NCBI RefSeq assembly: GCF_009914755.1
Contig: NC_060928.1
Source of the DNA: the human T2T-CHM13v2.0 reference genome, Homo sapiens
Direction: 5' to 3' (one strand)
DNA: 64,000 nt
How positions within the stretch are numbered: position 1 is the first letter of the stretch; each line of letters opens with the position of its first letter. Positions 1 through 14,943 of the stretch are shown piece by piece. Under the pieces are notes generated by a model. That model worked only from the letters and a program-made list of their open reading frames with translations, did not search any database and was not told the origin of the DNA. A program made the position numbers and the translations under genes.

Positions 1-266
<266 letters not shown>

Positions 267-465
267 CTAAGTATACACACAGGAAGGCCAGTCTACGAAC
301 TCCTTACATGTGGTCAAGAAGTTGGTACTTTACCTCTCCCAACTCTGTTCTTTACTTAGTCTTTAAGTAGCTTTCCTTGAGCAAATACAAAATAATGATA
401 ATAAGAAAGCAGAATTTATTTGATCAATAAGAAGTAGTACTTCCTTTTAAAAAAAAAACAAACCA

Positions 466-562
466 AAAATATGAAAACCATTCTTAACCTGAGGGCTGCA
501 TGAAAGCAAGCTAGGCAAGATTTGATCAGTACAAACTGGCCTTAGTTTGCCAACCCCTGTCC
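466..562. mobile_element. MER58-like hAT MITE fragment
   Basis: AAAACCATTCTTA...TAGTTTGCCAACCCCTG terminus resembles recalled MER58 end. Confidence 0.6.
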
Positions 563-1419
563 TATATAGTTAAAAAGACAGAAAACAACAACAACAACAA
601 AAACCCCAAACCAGCAAACAAATAAAGCAAAACCTCCAGTGCAGCAACCAAAGGAGAATTTGAAATAATGATGTTAATAGTGAAATAGACAATGACTCAA
701 ATGTTTGGGTAACAGACCTTTTTGCAAGCCAGGTGGTTTCTAATTCTCTGCTTTCAACTGTATTAAAGGAGAATCTCATCAAGTTTTTAGCTGGTAGTAT
801 CAACATTTTAAAAATAATTTTGGATGTCAGATCACTGTGATTGTTGATTGAGAACTTGGAAGGCATTCAGAAAATTAAGTAAAATTGCAATTACAAGATT
901 CATTTCTACTTATGTCAACAATATTCCTTGCTTGTGTCTATAAAAAATAAAAGTAGGAATAGAATTCATATAGAAACCTGTCTCATTCTAGTAATTAGAA
1001 ATATTAACCAAAAAGCAAACAAACAAAAAAACACAACAAGAAGTATTTGGAAGAAAAACTAGTCCTATCTTATTAAGATATATTTTCAATAAAATTTTAC
1101 TTTTTAAAATAATGATTTCACAAAATGTATATATACTTATGTTAGTTTTTCCAATGATCTACTACTACTAATTGTCATGATAACTTAATCCAGAGTAAAA
1201 TTTTTAAACACTCAGAGCCTAATAGTCACAGGAGATTTAAATAAATTTCCATTTCAATTTCTATATATATTTGCAGCAGAGATATGTGAGAGAGCAATCG
1301 ATAAAATTGTGAGTAAAATATCTTATATTAGCATAATATTTTGCTGGAGAAATCGAATAGAAATAAAAGTTCAAAAAGAAAAAAGAATATAAAATTTCCT
1401 ATTGTCAAGAAGAGCTTAT

Positions 1420-1727
<308 letters not shown>

Positions 1728-1850
1728 AATTTTTGTATTATTAAAAATAAATCATGGTGGCTCTCAAATTCCTATGGTTTTAGATTCCACTGGATACATT
1801 CAAAGGAGTGATATGACATTTTTAAAATGTCGATATTTATGATATACCAG

Positions 1851-2029
1851 ACAAGCATTTCTCAAAGTGTGGTCCCTGAGCCAGCAGCCTTGACATCACT
1901 TGGGAACTTTATAGAAATCCAGATTCTCAGGCCCTACCCAGACCCACTGAATCAGAAACTCTGAGAACTGGTGGGCTTTAACAAGTCCTCCAGGTGATTC
2001 TGATACATATTCAAGTTTGAAAACTACTG
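1851..2029. mobile_element. MER5A
   Basis: TTCTCAAAGTGTGGTCC...ACTGAATCAGAAACTCTG...AGTTTGAAAACTACTG. Confidence 0.85.
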
Positions 2030-2269
2030 CATCAAAAATTACATATTTTGCAGCTATTTAAACTGATAATGAAAATATTTTTATGTTAATTTAAAATGTG
2101 TAAGGAGACATATTTTGGTCTCCTTACACATTTCTGGTCTTACAAGAAAATTATTTGAGGAATATACAAGCAAAAATATTTGAGCACCACTACACCATAT
2201 CCTGCACCTTTTTACATCTTTAGACTAAAGAGAGGTTTTTTTCCCTTGGAGGAAAAAGTGGATGGGGAC

Positions 2270-2595
2270 ACACATTAAAGATGGTGTCACATGGAAACTG
2301 GATAGGACTTGGTATACAAATGAGAGAGAAGAGCACTGCAGGCAGAGAGAACAGTGTGAAAAAGGCTCAGAGGTGGGAAAGCGCAGGTGTGAGTGAGGGA
2401 ATAGTCGGGCTGGGCTGGAGCAGGAGTGTGGGTAGAGAATAGCTGGTACTAAATTTGCAAAGACAAGATTGCAGCGATGATGCCAGAACTGTATTTGTAG
2501 CAGGAGAGAGATGTGGTCAGTGTTGTGCTTTGTTGGAGGTAGGCTGGAATGGCTCAGGTGGGAGAGACTGGAGGTAGTGAAACTAGATGCTAGAG
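2270..2595 (-). mobile_element. L2 fragment
   Basis: GGCAGAGAGAACAG...AAAGGCTCAGAGGTGGGAAAG, typical reverse L2 3' region. Confidence 0.6.
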
Positions 2596-4332
2596 CCATG
2601 CCCTGGAGCCCATCTTCACTCTTGGAGGGTCGCCACCACCTCTGTTAGCTGGAGTGGTCCTTGCCCACCATCACTGAAAAATGCAGGTAATGCCACCCAT
2701 CCCAGGGAGACTGGCATACCCTAGGGACAGAGAGAGTCATGTTGCTGTTCTGAGGCAGCTATGGCCCATCTGTCGTTTTGGGCTTTCGCCTGTTGCCACG
2801 TCTTAAAGCCTTGCCATTCTCTAAATAGTGATCATGTTCACCTCCTGAGATCAATGAGATGACTGCAAAGTGCTAGGAGTTGCTCAGGCAGAAGGAATTC
2901 ACAAACTCTTGGAGCACATTACTGTTATCTTTGTTTCTATTTAACCAAGGACACACCAGAGAGAAAAGGCATGACATCACCAAAGCAATCTCCCATTGGC
3001 TGTCCATTTCCCAAGGGGTGGGTTTTCTTTCCAGTTTTTTACTTCTCCTAAGTATTACATGCAGCACAGAGGCAAGTCCTGTCACTTCAGGGTTTCCAGA
3101 TTCAGTGCCTCTGATGTCATTAGGTTATGGCAAGAGAGTGAGATAACACAACGATGTAAATTTTAGTTGACAGAATTGATGTACCTTAGAGTAAGATGCT
3201 CTGAGCTTCATGTTTACTCCTTTCAGGCTGATTTCAATGCTGCATTACTACATTAATTCATAATGCAGAATGCATGAGGGACAAGGATAATAAAATTATG
3301 ACACTAGCTTTTCTACTTAGTATCCTATAAAATGCGATGCAAATGAATTGGTTCTGTCGGTGCATTTTATCACAAACCTTCAACATACAGTTCCTGCAAG
3401 GATTCCAGGTGCTTGTGAGTCTTGGTTGCCATCCTAGTTTTTAACATTTGCCTCATTTCTTGAAGGTTAATAACTGAACTGATTTATTTAAAATTCTTAT
3501 ACAATTATGTTGTAGAAAAGGAGGAAATCGTCACAACTGCTTTTCTCTAGACTTGAATTTGATGTTCCTTTTGGATGAGAAGCAGAGCTAAAAACGAATA
3601 CCTCATTTTTTTGGCAGTTAAAAAGCAACATAATTCGAAAGTGGAGTTTCATTTAATCCATCAAACAATCCCAACCATTTGATGGAAAAAATGTAAATAA
3701 TAAAATTTCAAAGGGATTTTATTTTAAAATAGCCACTGGGCATGTACAGTAATAAAATTTTTAATGGCCATTTTATTTTTCATTTCTGAGTTCATTTTTA
3801 GTGAAATTACTTGGTGATGAACAGAAGCAGAGTGATAGCCTGAGAGACAAAACTCATTGGTTTCTGAAATAATAAAAAGCATTATCCTCTGGCAATATAG
3901 AACATTTCTCTCAGCAGCCTCGCCCAATCTCCTGCACATTCCCTCAGGGCGGGTGGTGGGAGCATTACCTCACCTGCTGCCTCAGCCTGGTCTTCTAGAT
4001 ATGGGGTGAGGAAGCCTTGGGAGGCACCAACACTTTTCTGAGGACACACAGCCACTGAATCAAGTAAAACCAGAGCCTCCAGACTTTTGGGAAGAGCTCT
4101 GCACCATACATGGCTCTCCCTAGAGAGTTGTACGCCAAGCAACTTCACGTTTTTCAGTCATTGGAGATATGGAGGCTTCAGGGAAATGAGATCTCCTAAG
4201 GCCTCCTAGCATCACAACTTGCAAGGATCTGCCCCAGGATGTGTGTTTTTCTCACTCACACTAGTCTTCATGGAACACAGACCAAACTGCAATAATGTCC
4301 ACAGGAACTCAATAAAATCGTGTTTTATGTAT

Positions 4333-4447
4333 AGGCTCAGTGACATGTGCTTGCAATCCTTCGGGAGGCCAAGGCGGGAGGATCACTTGAGCCCAGGAGT
4401 TCAAGACCAGCCTGGGCAACATAGTGAGACCCTATCTCTAAAAAAAT
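4333..4447 (+). mobile_element. FLAM / Alu left monomer
   Basis: GGAGGATCACTTGAGCCCAGGAGTTCAAGACCAGCCTGGGCAACATAG then A-tail. Confidence 0.9.
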
Positions 4448-4540
4448 TTTTTTTTTGTAATAAAATAGTGTTTTGTGAAGGGCTTTTCTTTTTCCAGCCA
4501 GAGTTTGAATTGATATTTACATCTGAATGTGAAGAGCTAA

Positions 4541-4790
4541 TATGGTATTGGGTTAAAAGCCCAGGCTTTGGAGTTCTACTGGGTTGGGCTTCTCAAGTCA
4601 ACACTTATCAGCTGTGCGGTCTTGACGATGAAAATTCTCTGAACTTCAATTTACTTTCCTGCAAAATTGGGATAATAAATCTACTTCATAATCTTGGTGT
4701 GTGGATTAAATGAGAGAGAGTGTGTGTGTGTGTGTGTGTGTGTGATGTTTAGCACAGTGCCTGGCACATAGTAAATATTCAAAGAAATTA
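4541..4790 (+). mobile_element. MIR with internal (GT)n
   Basis: MIR core and TTAGCACAGTGCCTGGCACATAGTAA end; (GT)n at ~4720-4744. Confidence 0.8.
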
Positions 4791-5211
4791 AATTGCTTCT
4801 TATTAACACTACTATTGTAAATTTGACCGATTATTGAAAAGCTCTGGATTGCTGAATCCTTTCCTTTCTGCAAAATAACCCAAATAGTGTGTATCTGAGG
4901 GAGTTGGGGGTAAAGAAAGAAATACTTCTGGTCTCCACTTAAAGAGTCCCTCTCTTTGCTTGGGTTCTTGGAGACTGGGTGAAGGCTGGAATAATCCCAC
5001 TGGTGTCCCCAGCTCTGCTCTAAGCAAGCCATGGGTTTCCCTCAGGTGGAGAGCATGGAGGCCTGCAGAGGAACAGGAACAGAGGATCTCTTCCAAAAGG
5101 TTTTGACTGCTGCTTCTATTTCCCTACAATTTCTGTCTTTTGCTAGAATTGAAAATAGTCTACTGGGCTATCATTATAGACAGAACATTTTCAATCCTTA
5201 ATACAATTTTT

Positions 5212-5440
5212 TCTTGCACAGTAGGATGGGTAGAATGAACAATAATGTATTGTATATTTCAAAATATCTACAAGAGAGGTTTTTGAATGTTCTCATAACA
5301 TAGAAATGATAAAAGTTTAAAGTTATGGATATGCTAATTACCCTGATTTGGCCGCTACGTAATTTATGCATGTGTTGAAACATCATGTTGTACCCCATAA
5401 ATATGTACAATGATTACATATCAATGAAAAATTTAAAAAA
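5212..5440 (+). mobile_element. L1MA 3' end
   Basis: AATAATGTATTGTATATTTCAAAA...TGTACCCCATAAATATGTACAAT and A-tail. Confidence 0.85.
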
Positions 5441-7490
5441 AGACAAAAGACTTTCTAAAAAAAGTATCCCAGCTGGAGACAGTGGAGACTCAGAGATTCT
5501 GGAAAGTAAAGTTAGGTGGTAGCCTCCTCCCATCAATCTATTCACAACTATTGATATATCTGAGAGGTAAGAAGCCTTCTGAGGAAGAGAGGAACCTGCT
5601 GTCAGTGAGGCAGACTCAAGTAGAACGGCTGCAAGAGGGCTGTTTCCAGAACTGCTTCCCACCCAGGCAGCACGACTTCATGCCTGGGGGAGAAAAAAAA
5701 GGGCTTTGTGCCTAAATTGAAAGAGCTTGTGACTAAGGCTTGTGACATCTGAGGCTCAAGAGACCTTTCGTTGTCAACCCTCCAACTGGGAGTAGCCAGG
5801 GAGTGTTCTTACTTCACAAGGGAGATGAGGCTTGTCTCCTAGGTGGAGTTTCAGAGTAGTCCCAGCTCCACAGGCGTCAGATGTGAGATACAGCCCTGTG
5901 GGCACCCAGGTGGACAAGTGACTCCAGGTGGGCAGAGAGGCCACTAGAGGCCATCAGCTTGGACAGGCTTCTCTGGGGTGGGGGCTGAGTCCCTTCTTGG
6001 CCAGGCATGCAAGTTTAGGGACACTATAAATACAGTACACACCCTGAGGATTCCCAAATACACTTAAGGGAGGGGGATTTTGAAGTCAAGCTGGTGGAGG
6101 CTGTGAGTCATAGAGATTTGGATATTAATATTGATGCAATTGCATTTGTGGTCACAGATGAGTGAAGCCTGAGATATTTTGGCTGCAGAGACACAAAAAC
6201 AATTTCCACAAAACATATTTATTCTTCAGGATTTAGCACTCAGTTCTCTAATTTAACCATTCATTATCATTCACTAAAAACCTCCCAAACAGCTCAAGAT
6301 TTAAGTTGTCTCTTCTGGATGTCCATTTGGTGGAAAACCCACCCAGTCATCTCATGCTGCTTCTCCCTCACTCAGTGACAAAGCCCTCTGTTTGGATGTT
6401 TAAGCTAGATTGATTGATTTGTCAGATGTTTGTTTTTTTGTAACAGGCTTTCAGGCAAGCCAGTGGAATTTGGGGAGTTTTTCACTTGTCAAATTGTTGT
6501 CTTGGTTCCTGAAGTGATTATACTATGCTCTGGTAATCATTTAAAACCTTTTAAAACAGTTTCCCTGATTGATTTTCCTCACACAGCCCCCGCTGCTGTT
6601 AAGGACAAGACTTTTACCGCAGGAACTAAAAATTAGGAAAATGGTGTGACTCCAGGCAACAGCAGCTCAGGACTCAGTCATAACAGTCTCTCCTGACCCC
6701 ATGTGGGGCTGAAACATGTGCCTTTCTTTCCCTTCTGAGTTGTAGACATAGAACATGGAACCAAGGAAAAGCTATGCTGATAAAAATGGTAACGACACGC
6801 TTTGAAAATATGCTTCATTATAACATAAGGGTATTAGTGATGATTTTAAGCAGATGTCACTGCCTTTCCCACATCATAAGAGGGGAGTGACATGAAAAGT
6901 GCACAATCTTGTTACAGGAAACTGCATAGGAAATTTCAACTTTTACTTGAATGCCCAGTTCTGAAAATTTGCTACTGTGAGTTGATCACTCCTTTCTCCT
7001 TAAAGCAGTTCCCTCCCTTGCCTTCTAGGACCTCACACTCTGCTGTTTTGCCTCCTCTCTCCCCGGCTGCTCCTTCTCAGTCTCTTGGCTGGGTCCTCTG
7101 AATCCTGGTGTGCCCCAGGGCTCAGTCCCTGATGTTTTTCTCCTCTGTCCACACTCCTCCCCTGGTTGAGACCATGGGTCCGTGGCTTTAGATGCTGTCC
7201 ACATCTGGGAACCTTCGTATTTCCATCTCCAACCCATACTTCTGTCCCAAGCTTCAGGCTTATTCACCCAGCTGCCCACTCATCAGCTCCACTGGATGTC
7301 AGACAAGCATCTCAACCCTGACATGTCCAGCACCGAGCTCCTGGACTTCTCTCCCAAACTGGCATTCTTCTCCATCTCAGTTAATGGCAAGTTCATCTTT
7401 ACAGTTGCTCAGATTAAAATAAGAGTCACTGTAGTGAGTTGAATCATGGCTCACAAAAAGGTATGTCCACATCCTAACGCCAGGCCCTGA

Positions 7491-7809
<319 letters not shown>

Positions 7810-8151
7810 TTTATTTTTAAATAATCCCAAATTTCAAGAGGGCCAATTGCACTTCTAGTGCCTGCAGTAAACAAAGTTAAACAAAACTGGTTTATCTTTT
7901 AAAACAACCAGAAGCATTTTTGTGTAAGCCAGAAAAAGGGTCTTTGCAGATTTAATGAAGTTAAGGATTTCATGGTGGAATCATCCTGGATTATCTGGGT
8001 GGGTCCTAAATCCAATGACAGTTGTCCTTACAAGGGACAGGTGACACAGAAAAGAGGAGAAGGCAGAGACTAGAGTCATGTAACCCCAAGCCAAGGAACG
8101 CCTGGATCCACCAGAAGCTGGAAGAGACAAGGAATAGAATATCCTCTACAG

Positions 8152-8516
8152 CAGGGGTCTGCAACCTCTGGGCTGCGATGGTACTGGTCCATGGCCTGTT
8201 GGGAACTGGGCCACACAGCAGGAGGTGAGCGGCCCCATGAGCATTGCCACCTGAGCTCCACCTCCTGTCAGAGCAGTGCCATTAGATTCTCATGGGAATG
8301 CAAACCCTATTGTGAACCACACACGTGAGGGATCTAGGTTGCGTGCTCTTATGAGAATCTAACTAATCCTTGATGATCTGAGGTGGAGCAGTTTCATCCC
8401 GAAACCATCCACACACACACCCACCACCCTGCTGCCTCTCTCCCCCGGCACTCCTGCCCCTGTCCGTGGAAACATGGTCTTCCACAAAACCGGCCCCGGA
8501 AGGATGAGGACTGCTG
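8152..8516. mobile_element. MER1B-like hAT element
   Basis: CAGGGGTC...GACTGCTG termini; 8-bp TSD CTCTACAG/CTCTAGAG. Confidence 0.88.
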
Positions 8517-8959
8517 CTCTAGAGCCCCTGGAAGCAAGAACCCCTTAATCTCAGACTTCCTGGCCTTAGAACTGTGAGAGAATAAATTTCTGTTGTTTTA
8601 AGCCGCCAAGTTTGTGGTGATGTGTTACAGCAGCCCCAGGAAACCGATACGGTCATCTTTAATGTTTCTCTTATTTCTCTTTCTGTGGAGCCTTACCTCC
8701 AGTCTCTCAGTAAATCCTGTTGGCCCTATCTTCAAAATATACCCAGAATCTGCCCACATCTTACCACCTCCATAGCTACCTGCTTGGGCTGAGCTCTCAG
8801 CATCTCTTGCCTGGAGTATTGCAGTCCTACTAGTCTTCCTGATCCTGCCCTTGACACCCCCGCCTCCAACCCCTGGTGATCCTTTTAACATGGAAGTTGG
8901 ATCATATCATTCCTCTAGTTACTGTCTCAGAGTATGAGTCAAACTCTTACAAATAATGG

Positions 8960-9256
8960 GGCCAGGCAGGGTGGCTCACGCCTGTAATCCCAGCACTTTT
9001 GAAGGCTGAGGTGGGCAGATCACTTGAGGTTAGGAGTTTGAGACCAGCCTGGCCAACATGGTGAAACGCTGTCTCTACTACTACTACTACTAATAATAAT
9101 AAAACCTAGCTGGGCATGGTGGTGGGTGCCTGTAGTCCCAGTTACTCGGGAGGTATAGCAGAAGAATCACTGGAACCCAGGAGGCAGAAGTTGCAGTGAG
9201 CCGAGATTGTGCCACTGCACTCCAGCCTAGGTGACAGAGCGAGACTCCGTCTCAAC
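8960..9256 (+). mobile_element. AluS without poly-A tail
   Basis: Dimer ending GTCTCAA; linker converted to (CTA)n(ATA)n. Confidence 0.93.
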
Positions 9257-9924
9257 CTTCATGATCTGGGCTGCTTCTGTGATGTTTCTAACCTCTTCTT
9301 AGACTGTCTCTCTGCTGCTGCTTACCTTTTCAGCCACAATGGCCCCTTTGCTTTTCCTTAAACACCCCATTCATGTTTCTGCCTCAGGGCCTTTGCACTG
9401 ACTTTTTATTTTGTCTGAAACACTCTTCCTGCAGATACCTAAATAGCTAACTCCCTAATCTCATTCAAGTCTTACTCAAATACCATCCTCTCAGTGAGGT
9501 CTCCCCTGACCACCTTATTTAAAAATACAACCCTGAAACACTCTTCTTCTTCCTCCTTCTTTGCTTTATTTTTCTCCATAGCTCTTATTGCCATATAAAT
9601 ACCATATATCTTACTTGCTTATTTACTTATTGTTTTTCTCCACCTGCTAGAAGGTGAGATCCCTGTGACTAGGGAACTGGGGAGATCTTTTTCTGTTCAT
9701 GGCTGTAACTCCAGCCTCTAGAACAATGCTTGGCATGTAGTACGTACTCAACTCAGTAAATATTTGTTTAATGAATAATTGAAGGTCAGACAGCCTCAAT
9801 GCATGGTCTACAGAAATAAATGCAATAAGATGACGCATCCTATCTGCTGTCTCATGCTCCCTCTCATCTTCTGGAGACAAAGAAGAGGGAGAGATACGTG
9901 TGCCATCAGAAGCTGCACTTTAAA

Positions 9925-10594
<670 letters not shown>

Positions 10595-11199
10595 TTGAAA
10601 GCTGTACTTTTGAGTGACACCTATTATTCCACCTGGGCTTCCCTGGAGTGATCCAGTTCCCTCATTACTTTCATGGCTGGTCCAGCACAGCACAGGTGAC
10701 TAAACTTGACTTCAGGGGGAAGCAATGAGGTTGAAAACTTCGTGTCATGGGGTGTCCCACGAGCTCTGTTTCCTGTGGTGTCAGTTGGCTTTGCTGGCCA
10801 TAATGAACTCGGGCCCGCTGCTTGGGCGTGCAGAGGGGACCTTGCAGGCTTCTAGGTTAGAGCAAACCTTTTCCCTGCCACACAGCCTTTCCGGTACCCA
10901 CACAGTCTTTGGCATGATCTTTTGAAGGAGATTTGCCCCCGTTTCAGTGGGTGCAAGTCAACTCATCATTCCACGAGATGATTTTGATAAGCCTTGAGAA
11001 TTCACTCCAATGTCAAGCAGTCTGTCAGACCAGAATTAAAGTCCTTTCATAATGAATCTGTCTCCAGGAGAAGTGATTGTTCTGGCTTAGGCAGAAGGAG
11101 AGAAATGGGGCAAAGAAGAGTAATTCTCATTGCTGATAGTCAGGTCCAGGGAAGGCTGTTTAGTAACTGAGGGAGAAGGATTATATATATATATAAACA

Positions 11200-11496
11200 T
11201 TTTTTTGAGACACAGCCTCGCTCTGTCTCCCGGGCTGGAGTGCAGTGGCACAGTCTCAGCTCAAATCATTGCAACCTCTGCCTCCCAGGCTCAAGCGATT
11301 CTCATGCTTCAGCCTCTCGAGTAGTAGCTGGGATCACAGGCGTGTGCCACTATGCCCGGCTAATTTTTGTATTTTTAGTAGAGACGGAGTTTCACCATGT
11401 TGGCCAGGCTGGTCTGGAACTCCCGACCTCAGGTGATCAGCCCGCCTCGGCCTCTCAGAGTGCTAGGATTACAGGCATAAGCCACCACGCCAGCCC
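11200..11496 (-). mobile_element. AluS
   Basis: Reverse Alu dimer. Confidence 0.95.
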
Positions 11497-11935
11497 ATAT
11501 ACATATTTATATATAATTTACATAAACATATATGCATATAAAAATTATATATTATATATAAATGTGATATATTGTATATAAGTTATATATGTATGCATTT
11601 ATAATAAAATTTATAAATATATACATTTTAAGTATATATAAATGCATATATTTATAAATATATATGTATATAAGTATATATAAATACATGTATGTATATA
11701 AGTATATATAAATACATGTATATATATAAGTATATATAAATACATATATGCTTATGAATATATACATATAATAATTATATAACATAAATATGTACATATA
11801 ATTATTATATGTATATATTTATCTATTATATGATATATTTTATATATCATATATTACATGTATGTATATGTTTATATATTTATTATATATGTACATATTA
11901 TGTATATATAATTTTATATGTACTATATCTATATT
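11497..11935. repeat. (TA)n-rich low-complexity tract
   Basis: ~440 bp of degenerate TA repeats. Confidence 0.95.
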
Positions 11936-12165
11936 TCTATGTGCCAGACACTATTCGAGGGTCTTTACAACACTGAGTCACTCAATTCTCACAGCAACTT
12001 TAAAAGATAGCTACTGTCTTTACCACCATTTTACAAATAAGGAATATGAGGTGCAGGGGCTTAAGTGACTTTCCTAAGGGCACGGAACTAGCAAATAGCA
12101 ATGTTTGCTTTCAAACCTAGGCAGTCTAACTCTAGAAGCTATACTCAACTATTATACTCTATTCC
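11936..12165 (-). mobile_element. MIR
   Basis: CCATTTTACAAATAAGGAATATGAGG...TAAGTGACTT core. Confidence 0.8.
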
Positions 12166-13346
12166 CTCCCAAGTCTTTAAAATAATCACCTCACGTTCCC
12201 GCCCCATTCCAATATCTTTATTTCCTTAACCCATTTCTCTCTAGAAAAAATTTTAAAAGAAATCTGTAATATCTCACCAGCTGAAGATTCACCATGCACG
12301 CAGTTGCATTTTCCAGAAGCAGTTGCATCGTGAGGCCTGCATAACTCTGCCTCTTTGTAAGAAGCAGATTGGGGACATCAGTGTCTTGTGGGTAGGTACA
12401 GATATATAAATAGGAAAGTGAAACTCAGAATATACAAACAAAATAAGAGGGTGGTTGTTTACATTATATAAGGGATTCTTCAGTTTAGTAAGGAAACCAA
12501 TGTTGAATTCCTGGAAATAGCAGCTTATTTATTTGACTAAGTGGTTGGGGTCAGAAAACCCTCAAACTGAAATATTTACAAACCCATTTGTCCCTTTGAA
12601 GCTCAAAGAAATTATGATAAATTATTGCTAAGAGGATTATGTTGTCCGTGAGGAAAGAAAATTGTGTTTACTGCCTCCTCTCAAATCGTCTTGAAATGAC
12701 ACATTGAGAAACACATCTTTGGTGTGAAGCCGAGCACACTTGTGCGTGCAGTTGCCATGTGGAACAGTCTGGATCACAACTCACTCACTCAGAATTAAAA
12801 TCAGAAGACTGTGGAGCTGTCAGCATTTGCACGAGCTCAGGAGATAAAGCAAGTCTGTTTACGGACAGGCAGCCAGACCCATAACTTCTCATTTACAAAC
12901 AGCACACACACAATCTTCTAACAACTTGCTTTTCAATCACAATAAAGGTTTAAAGGCATTGGAAAGCACTGTAAGCCTCCAGTGATTATAAGCAGCCACT
13001 TAATACAATGTTGGTTTTCAAAATGGTAATTAAATTTCATATTAAAAACATAGCTATTTGAGGAGAAAAGTATGGTAGCAAACGTAACCTGAAACGTTGT
13101 GTTTCATCAGAAAATCTTCATATTCAAAAGGAAACACTTGAATGGGCATCTGTAAGGTCTTTGGAGGTTATGTGCTTTATGAAACTTTTACAGACTGGTT
13201 AATCACACAATTCTAGCAGATTTCTTGTAACTGCACAGACAAAATTCAATTTCTCCATAATGAGAAAATTCTATACAGCAACAGGTAACTAGATTTGTGT
13301 CAGTTTTGACAGATGTAGAACAAGAGACCAAGAGACAAGTAATTTC

Positions 13347-13364
13347 TGTCACCAGAGGGCACCA
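13347..13364 (+). promoter_or_regulatory. Candidate CTCF motif
   Basis: TCACCAGAGGGCAC, one mismatch to CCASYAGRKGGCRS; occupancy unknown. Confidence 0.4.
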
Positions 13365-14114
13365 AAGCTCAAGTTGCTAGGAAAACTGAAAACCACAGGG
13401 TCACAGTATCAGGGACTAGAAAACTCCCTGAAAGGTCATTCCTGTGGTCTGCAGACAAGACCTCACCTAATTATTTCAAAGGACTGAGAATGTCTCCTAC
13501 AGGAAAGAACTTCCCTAGCTTGTTTTCATAGGCTAGTTGGTTATTTACTCTCCCAGCCAAGAGCTTCTCAATATCAGCTCATGAATTCATCCATCTCACA
13601 TATATTTATTGAGCACCTACTATGTACCAAGCCCTGGGGAAGAAGTGGTGTGCAAGAAAGGCAAAGTCCCTGTCCTCATGACTTTAAAGTCTAGAGGTCG
13701 AGATTGACTTTAAACATCGAGTGTGGTGGGGATTATGGAAAGTACAGTACTGGGACCTTGGGAGCAGCTGGCAGGGGACCTAATCTTATCCATGAGGTCA
13801 TGGAAGTATGTTGGCCTCCTGTGGCTTCTGTAACAAATTATCACAAACTGGAGGGCTAAAAACAACAAAAAGTTACTCTTTCACAGTTCTGGATGCCAGA
13901 AGTCTGAAGTAAGGTGTTGCACTCCCCTGGAAGGCCCTAGGAGAGAATCAGGTCCTTCCTTCTCCCTTATTGGGGGCAGCTCCAAGCATTCTCACCTTGC
14001 GGCTGCATCATGTCAATCTCTGCCTCTGTGGTCACATCACTGCCTCCTTTTCTCTGTGTGTCTCCTCCTCCGTGTGTCTACATGATAAGGATACATGGGA
14101 TTGTATCTAGGACT

Positions 14115-14943
<829 letters not shown>

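Noticed and set aside
5940-5955. CCACTAGAGGCCAT as a CTCF site
   Set aside because: Mismatch in the strongly conserved GGC core
11497-11935. Tyr/Ile-rich ORFs
   Set aside because: Artefacts of the (TA)n tract
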